The notes below the pieces were generated by a model. It did no database searches. It was given only the letters and a program-made list of their open reading frames with translations, and was not told where the DNA came from. The position numbers and the translations under genes are program-made. Positions 23,913 through 37,043 of a DNA stretch of 64,000 nt are shown here, piece after piece (positions within the stretch are counted from its first letter, which is position 1; each line of letters begins with the position of its first letter). The DNA is from Ranitomeya imitator (taxonomy: Eukaryota): the NCBI RefSeq assembly GCF_032444005.1, contig NC_091288.1, positions 221,836,001 to 221,900,000 on the forward strand. Direction: 5' to 3'.

Positions 23913-24809
23913 ATGAGGCCACAACTGAAGATTGCACGATTTATTCTCACGATGATCACTGGGGTCAGTGGGATTTTCCTTAACTCTGCTATTGTTGCCC
24001 TGAATTTGAGATTCCGGAGAGACACTACTACATCAGGGAACTACAAGAAAATTCTCATTAGCATTGGACTCATAAACATCCTCTTCCAAGGAAGCTTGAT
24101 CTTTGATAGCATTTGTGAGACTTTCGATTATTATTTGTTGAATGAAGACCTTCTTTTATTTCTTTTAGCTTTCGAAATGACTTTCATTAATGTGAATGTC
24201 TGGAACACCACCTGGCTCTCCATGTTCTGCTTTGTTCGGCTGGTTAATTCCAAACACCGGGTTTTACTTTGGATAAAAACAAAGTTTATTGCTTTCCTTC
24301 GTTATATCTTGGCTGGGTCAGTCTTGGTCTCGGCCACCTTTCATTTTCAATTACCCTGGACAACCATGCTGCAAAGTTATCAAAATACAACTGAATACCA
24401 AAACTTGTCCGGTAAAAGAATTATCTTTCACCAGTACTACGTAATCTTCTGCATACTGATTGGCTTTATTCTTCCTTTCTGTGTGACTTGTGTCTCTATT
24501 GGGTTTAGTGTCACTACTTTGGTGAGACACATCTGGAGGATCGGGTCCAGTGACTCTAGCCTATCATCTGACCAACTACAAGGACATTACCAAGCGGTCA
24601 GGACAATGGTCATACGGGCTCTCTTAGACTTGTCATTCTTTGTTGTATCAGTTCTATCCCTTTCAGACTCAGTTGTCATTAATTCACCTGTATTGTCTTT
24701 TTTATGGATGATAATTTTGCTGTATCCAACTTCTCAGGCTTTGCTCCTAATCCTAGGAAATCCCAAATTGAAGAGTGCAGTGTATGGACTTATAAAGACA
24801 TTAATATAA
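23913..24809 (+). CDS. TAS2R: Bitter taste receptor (TAS2R family), 298 aa from ATG 23913
   Basis: NVWNTTWLSMFCFVRLVN (TM3), ECL2 sequons NTT and NLS, LPF...LVRHIWRI (TM5/ICL3), LYPTSQALLLILGNPKLK (TM7). The track start at 23880 is a TTG. Confidence 0.94.
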   Translation: MRPQLKIARFILTMITGVSGIFLNSAIVALNLRFRRDTTTSGNYKKILISIGLINILFQGSLIFDSICETFDYYLLNEDLLLFLLAFEMTFINVNVWNTTWLSMFCFVRLVNSKHRVLLWIKTKFIAFLRYILAGSVLVSATFHFQLPWTTMLQSYQNTTEYQNLSGKRIIFHQYYVIFCILIGFILPFCVTCVSIGFSVTTLVRHIWRIGSSDSSLSSDQLQGHYQAVRTMVIRALLDLSFFVVSVLSLSDSVVINSPVLSFLWMIILLYPTSQALLLILGNPKLKSAVYGLIKTLI

Positions 24810-25274
24810 CTTTTTTTTGCCTTTTCTCCTATGATGGTGGCCTGTCTCTTTTGTATTGACTGTTGTTTAATTTAAAGGTAACCTGTCCATTATTTCATGG
24901 TGCCCAAACTCTCCGCAGCAGAAATTAGATATTATTAATATAGTATATTACGCTCTGAAATGTTGCAACATTTCCGCTCAGCTTCTCCTTCGCTGTATCG
25001 TGCTGTTCACAGATCGTACTGCGGGTACAATGTCACAGGTTCACTTTACCATTGGGCTGCTATTATTTAGAATTGTGGACTGCAGAGGAGGATACAGAGT
25101 GATAATTATCCCAGCAGGTGTTCCCAGGAAATGTCCAATACATAAATAACTCACCAATATATTTTTGACTGCACTGCAGAACCCTAAGAGTTGCCCCACC
25201 TTCTATAGTAAAGAGCGCACCGCTGCCGGACATCTGACTTCCTGTTTCCTGGTGGTTGCTGCTCTCCTATGCAA

Positions 25275-25899
25275 CGATAACGCTGTGCCCTGTTTGGCTC
25301 ACAGAGGAACACAGCCACTTAGTAGAGCAGATGGTGGTCATGCAGTCAAATGCAAACATGAAACTCCTTGCCGGAGGTGCCAGCATTCTAGGGGCTTATT
25401 TCAGCTGGGTCCCTGACTGCATACAAACATGACCACACTGGCGCTGAGCTCACACATAAATTGATACTAGTGCATTGTCGTGCGGCCATGCGAACCTTAT
25501 ATAGCTGCAGCACGTACAGGACCTTCCTAGAAGGACCAATGAGAGGCTGCCACAGAGCCTGAGGAACTTCAGGACCTTCCTGGAGAACCAATGGGTCTTG
25601 CTGCAGTATCTGAGCATGTGACCCTCGATCTCCAATGAGAGATCTTACCCTGGGCATGCTCAGAAGGGGAAAAGCAGGACTTAGTCCCAAAAGCATCTGC
25701 TCGCCACTGCCCAACACTGGCTTCAATGGCAGAAGCTGGAAAAGCAGCAGTAACCCTTTGCACAGAGTCAGACTGAGCGAGACGCTGGGACTGACGTCTC
25801 CACTGAGCAGGCTGCACTGCGGCAGGAGAAGAATGGGAGACCGCAGCGGAGATGGCCCGAGATTCCCCCTGTGCAGAGGCGGGAACTTGACCCCTAACA
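25275..25899. repeat. Truncated solo LTR, gypsy family 1
   Basis: Ends CCCCTAACA; matches 2355-2964; the left terminus is missing, so no TSD can be tested. Confidence 0.85.
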
Positions 25900-27060
25900 C
25901 AAACCTAACCAAAGAAGCTTCATCTTTGATTCCATCTTTTCAAAATTGTATTTAGATTTTCAGGACAAACATCTTTCAGAATCTATAAGTCTCACATTCA
26001 CTGTCACTGTAGTTAGTATTTGGAACACAACCCGACTCTCCGTATTCTGCCGTGGTCGGCCTGTTAATTTTAACCAGTGTTTTATACTTAGGATAAAAGC
26101 AAAGTTCATGACTATTTTCCTTATCTCACAGTTGGGTCAATCTAGATCTTGGCCATCATTAGTTTTCTAGCCACTCGGACCACCCTTAGGATGACTGCTC
26201 AGAATCTGATTATCCAATGCCAGATCATGTAATTCTTTTTTGCTATTAGCCATCATTTTCTGTGCACTATTTGGCGTCATCCTTTCATTATGACTCGTTT
26301 TTAAGAAAAGTTTTTAAAAGTTTACCTAATATTGGTTAAATTCGAAGCTGTGCTAAAATGTTGTGATTTTTGGCGTTCTCACGCAATCTTTGCCCAGCTC
26401 CAAAAAAGTAGGCAGAACTGGGATGGGGGCATGGCGACCATTGCTTGTCAAATTTATGACTTAAGTCTTAATTTTAAGAACTGGAGTAAGATTTGTGGTG
26501 AGGCGCCCACTGAGGCGTAGGCCACTCATCTGATGCTCCTGATTCATGAAGAAGCATACGCGTGACTCCAGCATCTCCTCATCAAGACCAGCGTCAACTA
26601 TGGCAGTGTTGATAAATCGGGCCCCGTATGTTACATATTTATAGGAACAATTCTATGTAAAAACCAGACTGATGGCGACGGACTTTACTATGGAAAAGGT
26701 GAGAGTGACTCTACGGTTTGCATAACCTTTCCTTTCTATCCTCCTTGATACAGATATACCGTATGTCAGTGGAAATTGTAGATGGAAGGTATTTGCATGA
26801 ACGCAAATTGTGGTCTTCCGTCATTTATCTTGTCAGAGAGATAAAAAGTACCAATCACCATGACCCTTCCCTCTACAGAACTTTTGTGAGGAGGATACGG
26901 ATGAAGGTAAGACTCCGCAAAGCTGAGATACATGAGCAGAATGGATACATGGATATGATCACATGCGGATTGTCACTGGGTCATACAATAATATGAGACA
27001 ATTCTGATTATTCTGGAGAAAAACATTTTTGAGCCAAGAGAGACAGTTGATAATATTACG

Positions 27061-27996
27061 ATGGATATTGACGTCTTGTCCTTCGTCATTGTTTTATCCC
27101 TGGAGTTAACTGCAGGAACATTTTTTAATGTATTTATTATATCAATCATCTTCTCTGACTTCTACAGAGAGAAAAACATGAATGACAGTAATAAAATTGT
27201 GTTGTGCATTTGCGCCTCGAATGTGAATTACAGCGTTCTGATAGCTGCGGGCATCATGGATGTGTATATTGGTCGTCACGCCTCATACACATATGTCCTG
27301 TCTTACGTGTACATCATCTTACTACTCTACAGCGTCGGCTCTTGTGCGTGGCTTTCCGCCGGCCTGGGATTCTTCTATTTTATCAAGATATCCCAGGTCA
27401 GACTTCTTTCCTGGGTGAAGTTCCACATCAGCTCCATTGTTCCTTGGATGCTGTTGATCCTTGAGGTTGTGTCCCTCACCATCAGCTTCGTTAGAAGTTT
27501 ACTGCTCCTTCCTCATCTGAGCAGATCTCGAAACATCACGGATAGTCCTCCATCTGTCATGACGGTGCTAGCAGAGAACAAAGTAGGACTTATCAACGCT
27601 GCTGTGGCAACTTCTTCCATACCTGTTGTGATAATACTGATCTCCACCATCTGCACTGTATGGACCCTGAAACGAGACAGTCTGAAGATGAAGAGAGGTA
27701 TGGAAACAGTGGACAAAAGACGCTTGACGCCATATGAGAGGGTGGTTTGTAGAATGACCTATTTCCTTTTTTTCTACCTGGCTTTTTACGCTCTGATATT
27801 GATTTTTTATTTTTCTATTGTTGTACAAGTTGAGTCAGGATTTTGGTTAACGCTCATGCTGATGTTGTCCTTCGCCCCTGTTCAGTCTATCCTAATGATT
27901 CTTGGCAATCCCAGACTTAAAGATGCGTGGAAGGAGATCTTATGTTATCATGACTTTGTCAAGTTGTTACGTAGCACTAGTGATGGAGCAATGTGA
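27061..27996 (+). CDS. TAS2R: Bitter taste receptor (TAS2R family), 311 aa
   Basis: GTFFNVFII (TM1), CAWLSAGLGFFYFIKI (TM3), ECL2 sequon NIT, PVQSILMILGNPRLK (TM7). Confidence 0.92.
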   Translation: MDIDVLSFVIVLSLELTAGTFFNVFIISIIFSDFYREKNMNDSNKIVLCICASNVNYSVLIAAGIMDVYIGRHASYTYVLSYVYIILLLYSVGSCAWLSAGLGFFYFIKISQVRLLSWVKFHISSIVPWMLLILEVVSLTISFVRSLLLLPHLSRSRNITDSPPSVMTVLAENKVGLINAAVATSSIPVVIILISTICTVWTLKRDSLKMKRGMETVDKRRLTPYERVVCRMTYFLFFYLAFYALILIFYFSIVVQVESGFWLTLMLMLSFAPVQSILMILGNPRLKDAWKEILCYHDFVKLLRSTSDGAM

Positions 27997-30750
27997 GCCG
28001 CTTGTATGGTAATTGCTCTTGTGGTGGTCATTTTATCAATTTAGAATCTCAAGAATTGTTATACTCAGCAAAACTAGCGATACATTTGTCAGTGCAAGGA
28101 ACCTCTGGAATAAATGGATCCATTAGGATGAAGAATTGTATATGGAGTACTAAATAATGGAGTCAAGGATGCTGCTCTGCAAAGGTTTAGATGCAAAAGT
28201 GATCAGAAGGTACCTAATTATACAAACTGCTTCTTCAGATTGGAGGAGGACTAGACCTATAACACCACCTATTGGATGTGACAATCCTAAAAGGCATTAT
28301 CGTCCCGTTAACGAGACTTGGGATAAGGAGAAGCCAGACCAGACGCTCCATTGACAGACTCATGTTTTGAGATATTTTCCCCTCATCAGTGCAAGGCAAT
28401 AGACGTTTATTGCATTAATTATGTGTTTTAGACATTTTCTGGGCCTTGTCTGACAAGGGGTGTTAAATATTAATTAATTGAATTATTCTTATTCTGTACT
28501 GAGCACATTGCTTCTTGCTGACATTACAGAAAGCTATTTCTGTGTATGTAGCTCAGAGTATAAGTTATCACCATATACAGAGAACACGTGGTCTGTGGGA
28601 CATATAAATAACATCTCTTAGGAGGGTGGGGGGCTTTTTGTCACGTGGGGGCTGCCACCTCCTATCTTCACCATCATTCTCCATGGACATGAGACAAGAC
28701 ACACCAAGAAGCAACAGCTGATAGCCATGAACAGCTGATAGCCATGATGATTTCGGACTTCACACAAACAGACGGGTTTTACCATTCAGAACCTTGGGAA
28801 AGATGAGTAACAAGCGCTGATATTTACACATGGACAATCTGTTCGTAACTATTTCATCTACTTTTATGTTTTGCTGCAATGTGGTTTTTCTGTGGACAAT
28901 TCAATAAACCACTATACTTTTTATGAGAATACCATGGCATTTTTCTTTAAGAGTAAGCACCTGGTGAATAGTCCTGATTAAATAAATGTGCGAAATAAGC
29001 ATTTTTAACAAGGGGGCATGTATTATTCAGAAGGGGAGTCACTTAGCAAGCGGGACCATGACACAAAAAATAATCCAAAAAGTTTGTGACAACTTTCAGG
29101 TTCAAAGTAAGCCAAAGAGGCTAAAGATGAAAAACGTATCCAAATCCTTAAAATCCGTTTTTATACATTTGGCAGAATATAAGACTGTCTTCTTAGGTGT
29201 GCCCTCTCTAAGAACTGGACATTATTGATAAATCTTACCCATTTTGTGTTGTATGATGCATTGATGGTTGAATACTGGTTAGTTTTATTCTTCCAGCTCA
29301 ATATTTTTAAAGAGGTTGTTCGCTACTGTTACATTGATGACGTATCCTTACGTCATTGGAGGGGAAGTCACCGGCGCCTGCGCGGAAGATCCCTGAATGC
29401 AGTGGCCATAGAGGGGAGAAAAAAGTGCGGATTGTGGAGGGAGTGCACGGCGCAGGCGCGGGATTCCGGCTCCACAACTGACACATCTTCAGAGATGTCC
29501 TTGTTCCCATACCTGGTAATCCCAAACTGTGCCTTACTTTTTGGAGGATATTTTGCTGTTTCCCACCGTGGGACTGCACTCATATTGGGTTTTCTGAGAC
29601 TTTAGAAGTAGATCATTTACTGCTATATTATTATATGAGATAATGCAGACATGATAGTTAGGTTTATTGTTATACATGACACATACATGATACATACATG
29701 ACACTACATTACAATGTCTATAAAATGTAAAGCAGAAATACACGGAGAAAAGAGACCGTGGTAAATGGACATGAATAAAAACAAAATAAAAATGGGAACA
29801 ATTTAGGACCCGCGCTGATTTTGTCATCTCGTTTGTAAAATGTGGATATTAAATAACAAAAAATGGAATTCTACAATAATATTCAAGTGTAATTGAAGAG
29901 AAAGAAGTAGTATGGGAAGAATGATACCGGGGATAGTGACTTCTGAGGGATGCAGAGAATATCCGGGGTATAAACACATCGCTATAGGGGCACAGTGAGG
30001 ACTACGCTTAGATGATAAGAGACAATCAGAAATATTCATCCAAAAATGCTTTTAGGGAAATCTGTAGTCATAGGAATGGAGCATTAGTCATGTTACCATT
30101 ATTTTAAAACGAATCTGTCAGCAGGTTTTTTTTTCTCTAATCTGACAGCAGCATGATGTCAGGGCAGAGACCCTGATTCCAGCCTTGTGTCGCTAGTTTA
30201 CTGGGTGCAGCAGTGGTGATAAAGTCACAGATGTAGCAGAGCTCAGAATGCTGAGCCGTGTATAACCCTGCCCACATGGCGACTTCCTGTGTGCATTGTA
30301 TAGTGACAGAGAGCTGCCAATCAGTGCTGGGGGCGCGGCCAGACCAGGAGGCAGGAGACACCTAGTCCTGCTGTGATAATCTCCTGATGATAAAACACTG
30401 ATTGTACTGAAACAACAAAACAGCTCAGTAATTTCTTCCCTACAACTCTCATGAGATCCCTCCATTAGGCGACAACCCTCCTGGAAATTCTCTGTTGGTT
30501 TGTGGCATAATTTATTGTCATTGAAGCAGAATGTTATATTGTAGGATTATACCTAGAAATCCATTGAGTAATTCCAGCTATAAGTCCTTCTAATGTCCGG
30601 TTACTGTCAGTTGTGGACGGAGAAACCCGCAAACTCTTCTATAATGATAAAACAGAGTGAGAAATGAAATGGGGCGACATCTGACATCTACGGCACTGTC
30701 TTCACAGCACAACGTTTCCCTCATATTACAGTAAAACAGGGTTGTCCATA

Positions 30751-31056
30751 GTGACCAATCAGAGCTCAGCTTTCACCTACTATCACAACAAATTAGAACT
30801 AAGCTTTTATTTTACTCAATCAGAGCTCAGCTTTCATTTTACCAGAGCAACCAATCAGAGCTCACTTTTCTTTTTACTATAGCAACCAATTAGAGCTCAC
30901 CTTTCATTTTACCACAGCAACCAATCAGAGCTCAGCTTTCATTTTACCAGAACAACCAATCAGAGCTCACTTTTCATTTTACTATAGCAACCAATCAGAG
31001 CTCAGCTTTCATTTTACCACAGCAACCAATCAGAGTTCAGCTTTCATTTTACCAGA
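30751..31056. repeat. About 35-bp tandem repeat (AGCAACCAATCAGAGCTCAGCTTTCATTTTACCAC-like), 8-9 copies
   Basis: Visible array; most units carry AACCAATCAG. Confidence 0.85.
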
Positions 31057-32668
31057 GCAGTATAAAACATGAAGGAGGCCCATCTGAGGTGGTGAACGAG
31101 CCTAAACTGGGGCTGATTGATGTCCCGATGTGCGTCCCCCCGTGTCATCATGATGTCACTTGAGATCCGCGGCCCATGTAATCTAGACGCTCATGTTTTC
31201 ACACACGCATTGTTGTTCCAAACATCCAGGAGATAATTATGAGAAAAGGAAAAATCTCCCATGAGATGTTCATCAGTAGAAACACTGTGCACTGAAATCC
31301 CCGTGAGTGAAAAAGTGGTGTCATCAGTGTAAGGGTTACAGGTCGTGGATGACCAGGAGCGTGCAGTGGATCGCTGCTGGAGATCTGTATTTGGGAGATC
31401 ACTTGAATTTGGCACACAGCCTGTGAAGCTACATTAAAAGATGGACTCAGACTACATGGGGCGGAAGATACTGCCATCCGTATATACCGTTAGAGGTGAG
31501 GAAGATCCCCAAAGTGTAGGAAAGCCAGGAAGGGGGATGTGCCACCTATCCCGAGAACCAGGGCTGAAGTTGTACCCGGTACTTGTGGGAAAGATGACAA
31601 CCCGTTGGGCCGTATCCTTTGTATCTGCTTGTAAATATTGCACGGACTGCCATTCACATAGTAACAGTTTGTTTTTATGAACCATGTGTGTCCTGGATTA
31701 TTTTCTGCCCTCCACATACTTAGCAGCACACTGGGGCTGGGACCCCCTTGTCTGTAGGATGCCAGAGCGCGTGGGGACCAAGGCTCGCCCATGACTACCT
31801 CGCTTGGGCATCTTGCAGACTCACCACCAGTTTTCTGATTTGGAAGTGCCCATCAGTTTTTTGTTATTTGTATATCAGCCCTCTATCCTCCGCCCTCCAT
31901 CCTGAGGCAGTTTTTATTGATATGGATCCTACCTACCCATAAATTCAGGTTTTAACCTAAGAGAGGATTCACATTAGGCAGGTTCCCAGCAAACCGGAGA
32001 TCGCATTATCATTGGCTGCTGGGCTGCATGAATTGGCCAAATTTACTGCTAAGCGCCTCCATGTTGTATTATTATCTAGAGCACTAGGGCTATTCATATT
32101 TCATATATTTCGTATTTACATGCTTTAGCGCTACAGAGTGCAACTTTATTTCTTCGCTAAACCTCAGAGCATAATAAGCAGATGGTGAAAGAAAGAAAAA
32201 CGATCTACTCACCTCACCGCCCACCTGTCCCCCACCGCCACCACCAGCACTCACTGTCTGGTTCTCTGCATCATCCAGTCCTTCTTTCCGCCTTTCCTCA
32301 TTGTGCAGCATCCGTCAGGACTTTCATGGACAAGTAGGCCTCTCACAACACAACATACGTCATGAGGTCCGAGGCCTGCGCTGTGAAAACACGTGACAAG
32401 ACGCCATAACGGGTGTCGGAAGCCCCAAACAATATATAGAAGGCTAAAGAGGATGTTGCGAAATTTAGAAGGTGGAAAAAAAGAGTCTGGAAAGCAGACT
32501 ATGGTGAGAAACATTTGTTTTTATCTCTTTTCCTGACCCTCTATAAAATCTATTCTATGCCCAGTTACCTGATCCCCAGCCTGAAGATTACTAATCTCAG
32601 CCGATAGTTGGGTTTATTCTTTGGGATCCAGCCTGCAATATTCTACGTAAAATAATCAGATTAATATC

Positions 32669-32819
32669 TTACGCATTAGAAGGTCCTGGAGATTTTTGTC
32701 TTTGACATCACAAATGTTTCTGTAGCTTTGGATTGCCAGGAATGAGAATCACAGATTGCAGAGAAGGATACAGCATGATCGTTATCCAGGAGATCATGGT
32801 TCCCAGGACACGTCCAATT
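32669..32819 (-). pseudogene. TAS2R: TAS2R remnant (TM7 and C-tail only), paralog of the gene at 37044
   Basis: Translates IGRVLGTMISWITIMLYPSLQSVILIPGNPKLQKHL*CQRQKSPGPSNA*, versus ...ATITWIIILLHPSLQSVILVSGNPKLQKHFFCQRQKPSGPSSA* in the paralog. The 3' flanks are also homologous. Confidence 0.88.
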
Positions 32820-33706
32820 TATAACCTTACATTTATCATTGTTAAACCTCATCTGCCAACTTGGGCTGAAAGGTGGCAGATGAGGTTTAACAATGATAAA
32901 TGTAAGGTTATACACATGGGAAGAAGGAATCAATATCACCATTACACACTGAATGGGAAACCACTGGGTAAATCTGACAGGGAGAAGGACTTGGGGATCC
33001 TAGTTAATGATAAACTTACCTGGAGCAGCCAGTGCCAGGCAGCAGCTGCCAAGGCAAACAGGATCATGGGGTGCATTAAAAGAGGTCTGGATACACATGA
33101 TGAGAGCATTATACTGCCTCTGTACAAATCCCTAGTTAGACCGCACATGGAGTACTGTGTCCAGTTTTGGGCACCGGTGCTCAGGAAGGATATAATGGAA
33201 CTAGAGAGAGTACAAAGGAGGACAACAAAATTAATAAAGGGGATGGGAGAACTACAATACCCAGATAGATTAGCGAAATTAGGATTATTTAGTCTAGAAA
33301 AAAGACGACTGAGGGGCGATCTAATAACCATGTATAAGTATATAAGGGGACAATACAAATATCTCGCTGAGGATCTGTTTATACCAAGGAAGGTGACGGG
33401 CACAAGGGGGCATTCTTTGCGTCTGGAGGAGAGAAGGTTTTTCCACCAACATAGAAGAGGATTCTTTACTGTTAGGGCAGTGAGAATCTGGAATCGCTTG
33501 CCTGAGGAGGTGGTGATGGCGAACTCAGTCGAGGGGTTCAAGAGAGGCCTGGATGTCTTCCTGGAGCAGAACAATATTGTATCATACAATTATTAGGTTC
33601 TGTAGAAGGACGTAGATCTGGGGATTTATTATGATGGAATATAGGCTGAACTGGATGGACAAATGTCTTTTTTCGGCCTTACTAACTATGTTACTATGTT
33701 ACTATG
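32820..33706 (+). mobile_element. 5'-truncated CR1 copy with a 39-bp inverted duplication at its 5' junction
   Basis: 32858-33706 is nearly identical to 14144-14997 of the full-length CR1; 32820-32858 is the exact reverse complement of 32874-32912. Confidence 0.95.
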
Positions 33707-35744
33707 TATCACAGCCACATATGTTATCTGAGGATGTAATGGGATGCTTTCACTTTTCTACATATTTCAGCTTTGGTTCTGATCTGGTGATCACCACGGC
33801 CAGCACTGTGTGTATCAGTGGAGGATTATGTGCAGATGTTGTAGCTTTTATATTCATGTCCTCATAATTCACAGTCACGAGTGGTTTCCATATGTAAAAC
33901 CTGAGGGTTCAGCTAAGTCTTCACTTTGCGTTCTTGTCTGCAGTTGATAGTTATGTAAATCCGCAGTTTTGCTATTCAAACTGTGGTTGGGTTTCTGTTA
34001 CATTGTACAAATCATCCTTCAAGTCTGAGAAGTGAGATGATGAGGCTGATTCTAATCCCAGCAATATTCCTACTAGGTCTACAACAATGACAATGACTAG
34101 TACTGACAGAGGTGTAATAAGAAGGATAAGAAGGGTAAGAAGTTGCATATAATAGTTAAGGATCCTCTGAGAGAACTTGCCTATTAGTGATGAATCGGGC
34201 AGTTTGCTCGAATTTGGCCAGAAAATGTAAACAACAATAAATGTAGGCAATGGCAGTCAGATGTGCCTTGTTATGCTCTGTGCTTTTCCCAGAACCCAGA
34301 GCATAATATACATAGGGCTTCAAAAATGAAAGAAAAATGTATAGTACGTCTCGATTCACCTGTTGGGCCACCGCAGCTCAACACCTGGTCCTACGCTCTC
34401 TACCAATGGCTCCAGTCTCTTCTGTTCTTCATTCTTCCTTGTCCTCCTTCACTTCTTGGGTGACACATGACATGACTTCCTGATATTATGACATTATGAA
34501 TTCACACCATGCATTATCTGAGGTCTACTCAGTGCCGGAAGCCCCAACATAGAGTGAAGGAAGACATGGAAAAGGACAACGCCGGCCATGAAGACCAAAA
34601 GAGACAAATACTGGAAACAGTCAATATAGGGCCGGCCAGAGAACTGCAGAAGCAGGACAGGCGAGTGATTAGTTGACTATATTTTTTTATAACCGCTTTC
34701 CCGGCCCTCTACAATCTAGCAAAATAGCAACCAGCTCTAGCTGCCACTTTGCTGGATATGTGAATCACAAAAATGGTGAATTTGATTTCTCAGATCTGAA
34801 TCACGGTGTGTAAATTCACTGGGGACTGTTAGTGATACAGCTGTGAACGTCATATATTAAAATATAAGCCTTAATTATTTATAACTAGAACTAAATATCA
34901 AAGTGCAAGGTGCAGGACAGAAAAACATAAAGAGAATAATAAGCAAAAGTACTGACTCCTATCAGTCAAACTGTTACAAGGTTTGCGAATGAGGCTTTTA
35001 CCCGAAGCGGAATGGATTATAACCTTCTACTTTACAGGATAACTTAGTCAACGATGGCAACTATTTCTATTAGGCACAGATGCCGAATTTGACCAATCAC
35101 ATATATGATCATTTATTTATCAGTCTATGTCCTAAAGCAACACGTCGTGACTCGTGACTGATGACCCATCGTCGCACAAAAAGAATAGCATATTAATCAA
35201 TTCTTAATTAGGAATACTAAGGTGCTGAGGCTGCAAATAACCAATCAAATGTGGCATTTAACGTTTCAATAAAACTCAATTCTGTATACCAATGCAGTAT
35301 ATTGCAGCCTGTAAAAACAATATTTTACATGAGAAAACATATATTGAAGGTTTCACTCACCTAAGCAACCATTAGACATCTCTAATTGCACAAATCATCC
35401 ATGTCATCTTCAGAATTCAATAAGTGTATTCCTATTGTATTAGGTCTCAGTGGTGACCCATATCAATTCAAAACCATAATTTTTTCCAAAACCAAGCTGG
35501 ATGGAATATATATCTATTGGTTCCCTAAGCCATATACAAATATATGGTATACATGATAAAATATTTTGGAACAGCCTCACCCAACTTCGGATGGTGGTTT
35601 GGTCAGCAAATCCCTCAGGTGCTATAGCCGACCATACCAGTGGGAGTCATTGACATGACATGGACACAAGATGAGAGCAAAGATATGGAGTATGTACATT
35701 CTAAGATGGCCGCCAGACAGGGCTGAGTCTGTCTACTGCCGTAC

Positions 35745-36330
35745 CTTCTATTCTCCATCAGAGAAGTCCCACAGGCCTCTACTGGATTCTCCCCCTTTGA
35801 ACTATTGTATGGCCAGCACCCCATTGGGCTTCTCAACATAGCAAAGGAGACAAGGAAGGTGAAGTCTACAGCCTACCGGAGTGTAATAGAGCATGTGGCC
35901 CAGATGCAAGAAAGGATTGCTGAGGTGATGCCCATTGTGAGAGAACACCTCCTCAAAGCACAAGATGCACAGTCGAGGATGTACAATAGGTCGGCGAGGG
36001 TGAGACACTTTGACTCTGGGGATCGAGTACTGGTGCTAGTACCTACGGTGGCCAAGTGGCCAAGTGGCAGGGCTCCTATGAAATAGTTTAAAAGGTTGGA
36101 GATGTCAACTATAAAGTCCACCAACCAGGAAGAAGGAAGCCCTACCAGTTAATCAATCTGATTAAGCCATGGCAAGATAGGGAGTCAGTGGAGGCTCCGT
36201 GTTTGGTGGTTAAGCCTGAAGCTGACATGGCAGATGTTAAGGTGGCAGAGACACGGTCACGTGCCCAAAAGCAACAGTGCCGAGAGTTGCTACATTGGAA
36301 CAGAGGCCTGTCGTCAGAACAGTGTAGATT
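35745..36330 (+). mobile_element. Degenerate Ty3/gypsy integrase C-terminal fragment (a third lineage)
   Basis: SIREVPQASTGFSPFELLYG and FDSGDRVLVLVP...GP motifs, with frameshifts. Confidence 0.8.
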
Positions 36331-37043
36331 TGCAATGACTATAGGAAGCTGAATGAGGTCTCTAAGTTCAATACAAAGTCAATGCTCCATGTGCATGAAT
36401 TAATTGAGAGGCTAGTGCTATTTCGGTACAATACTACCCTTGAGCTCACAAAAGGGTGTTGTAAAATATGAACGCAAGACAAGGTGTCAAGAAATGACAA
36501 GAACACATGACGAGAAAACATGGAGAAAATCTGTCGGCATATAGAGAAAATACATGGAAACAAGACAAGAAAACAAAACATGAAGTCATGACTTGTAAAC
36601 AAGACATGGAGACAAGTAATGAAGTAAAGACAAGAATACAGAACTGAGAATAATCAAATAGCAATCCAAAAATTGTTGAAAATGCAATAAAAAAATATTC
36701 ACAAAATAAAGTTAATATTGGGACTGTCAAAAATGTCAGGTATTGAAATGTCTGAAGAAACCCCAATAGAGAAACCATTCCCAGGATATACTAAATGCTA
36801 CACCATTGGATAAAGACGGGTCAAAAACTAAATTCTTGAAGGAGTCTCCATCTCCGGCCTACAGGACATGGAAGTCATCAATGTCATGCACCCAACAGAA
36901 GTCTTGTGGACACCCTCGGGCATGATCCATAGTGGATAAAGTTAACTTTTAATAAAAAAAGTGAGCATCTGTCTTTCACCACGTGCAGGGTTTTATTCTT
37001 TGTGATCCACCCATTAATATTGTAAATAGGAAGGATTAATGTC

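Noticed and set aside
31190-31800. About 200-codon minus-strand frame with one stop and a hydrophobic stretch (VFLLMNISWEIFPFLIII)
   Set aside because: I do not recognise TAS2R or other family motifs in it. It needs a tBLASTx search.
36340-36780. Hydrophobic minus-strand ORFs
   Set aside because: A-rich low-complexity DNA whose complement encodes F/L/C by composition alone. No GPCR motifs.
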